Under the pieces are notes generated by a model that was not told the origin of the DNA, made no database searches, and was given only the letters and a program-made list of their open reading frames with translations. From Chloropicon primus (taxonomy: Eukaryota): a stretch of DNA of 64,000 nt. Both the position numbers and the translations under genes were made by a program. The first letter of the stretch is position 1. Each line of letters opens with the position of its first letter. The DNA lies in contig CP060761.1 of assembly GCA_023205875.1 (NCBI GenBank), positions 744,001 through 808,000 of the forward strand, in the 5' to 3' direction. Positions 63,229-64,000 of the stretch are shown one piece after another.

Positions 63229-63254
63229 TGCGATCCCGCACTCTCACGCGGCAA

Positions 63255-63470
63255 TCTCACAACAACAACAATCCCAGCTCCTCCGCTCCTCCTCTCGCGT
63301 TCGCGGAAAAACAAAAACCCAACGACGAACGAAACGAAACGAAACGAAACGAAACCAAAAGGACGATCCTCTCTCACACTCGCTTCCTCACTCACTCACT
63401 CACTCGCACGCACGCTCTCTCGTTCGCTGCTCGCTCCTCCCAGCTCTCTCTCTCTCACACACACACCGAC
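63255..63470. repeat. Microsatellite-rich region upstream of the PKS start: (ACA)n, (CGAAA)n, (CACT)n, (CT)n(CA)n
   Basis: Directly visible simple repeats at about 63258-63271, 63325-63355, 63385-63405 and 63444-63465; probably 5' UTR or promoter. Confidence 0.8.
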
Positions 63471-63650
63471 CCCTCTCGGCCCAAGGAAAAACGTCAACGC
63501 CGCGCCAGATCCTTCCGGTGCGAAGCACGCGCAAGTGTCTGCGGTCGGTCCTGTCACGCACGCACGCACACCTCGTCTTGGTTCGGTTCTGTCTCGCTCT
63601 TCGTGTCTCGTTCGCTCCGATCGGTTAGGTTTTGCCGCGGCGGCTGGGCG

Positions 63651-63980
63651 TTACGATTTTTTCTCCCTTTATTATTAGGGGGGAACGAGGATCGGGGTGG
63701 CGGGAGAGTGAGGGGACTCATCCACCTTTGGGGATAATGGAGGGAGGGGACGTCGACCAGGATGGAGGGGAGAGGGAGGAGGGGAGAGAGGAGAGGGGTC
63801 CTTGATCCTTGGATTGAATGAAACCTTACCGATTTTCTCCCTTTTTATTAGGGGGGAACGAGGATCGGGGTGGCGGGAGAGTGAGGGGACCCATCCACCT
63901 TTGGGGATAATGGAGGGAGGGGACGTCGACCAGGATGGAGGGGAGAGGGAGGAGGGATCCTTGATCCTTATCCTTGGATT
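63651..63980. repeat. Imperfect direct repeat, about 175-bp period, two copies, purine/G-rich on +
   Basis: ttattaggggggaacgaggatcggggtggcgggagagtgaggggac...gacgtcgaccaggatggaggggagaggg occurs at about 63672 and 63845. Confidence 0.9.
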
Positions 63981-64000
63981 GGGAGTCTCCTGAATCCGGT

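Noticed and set aside
61615..63072. 485-aa plus-strand ORF
   Set aside because: Antisense shadow of the GC-rich ligase domain; no recognisable motifs.
61560..63228. NRPS amino-acid adenylation module
   Set aside because: Motifs fit acyl-CoA ligases (PMFH, YGMTE, G-ENVY) and no condensation domain was seen.
8..63737. Hundreds of 60-300 aa ORFs on the plus strand and in alternative minus frames
   Set aside because: Nearly all overlap the PKS frame, recur with the repeats and lack domain motifs.
63151..63993. Short ORFs in the upstream region
   Set aside because: Low-complexity translations of microsatellites and the direct repeat.
1..64000. Naming the host species or product
   Set aside because: Cannot be supported without database searches; a eukaryotic, possibly algal, origin is inference only.

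Overview
Almost the whole window (1-63,228, minus strand) is the 5' part of one giant, apparently intron-less, AT-less (trans-AT) modular type I polyketide synthase gene. It starts at ATG 63228 and is still open at position 1. After correcting five single-base indels (visible by comparing sibling repeats; net -3 nt) it encodes about 21,077 codons inside the window. Architecture read from motifs: acyl-CoA-ligase/ACP loading unit; M1 KS-DH-KR-ACP; M2 KS-DH(dead)-six crotonase(ECH)-like domains-HMG synthase-ACP-HMG synthase-ACP, i.e. a beta-branching cassette fused in cis; M3 KS-DH-ER-KR-ACP; M4-M11 eight KS-DH(dead)-KR-ACP modules (M5-M11 are near-identical 3.81/3.825-kb tandem repeats carrying two alternative KR-ACP cassettes in the order XXYYXXY); M12 KS-DH-ER-KR-ACP; M13 KS-DH-KR-ACP; M14 KS-DH-ER (cut by the window edge). 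All 14 KS keep the Cys-His-His triad and I recognised no AT domain. The predicted product is a long, beta-branched chain with an extended 1,3-polyol tract. The microsatellite-rich upstream region and a eukaryote-type HMG-CoA synthase domain suggest a eukaryotic host, plausibly a microalga (inference). Domain boundaries are approximate (tens of bp).
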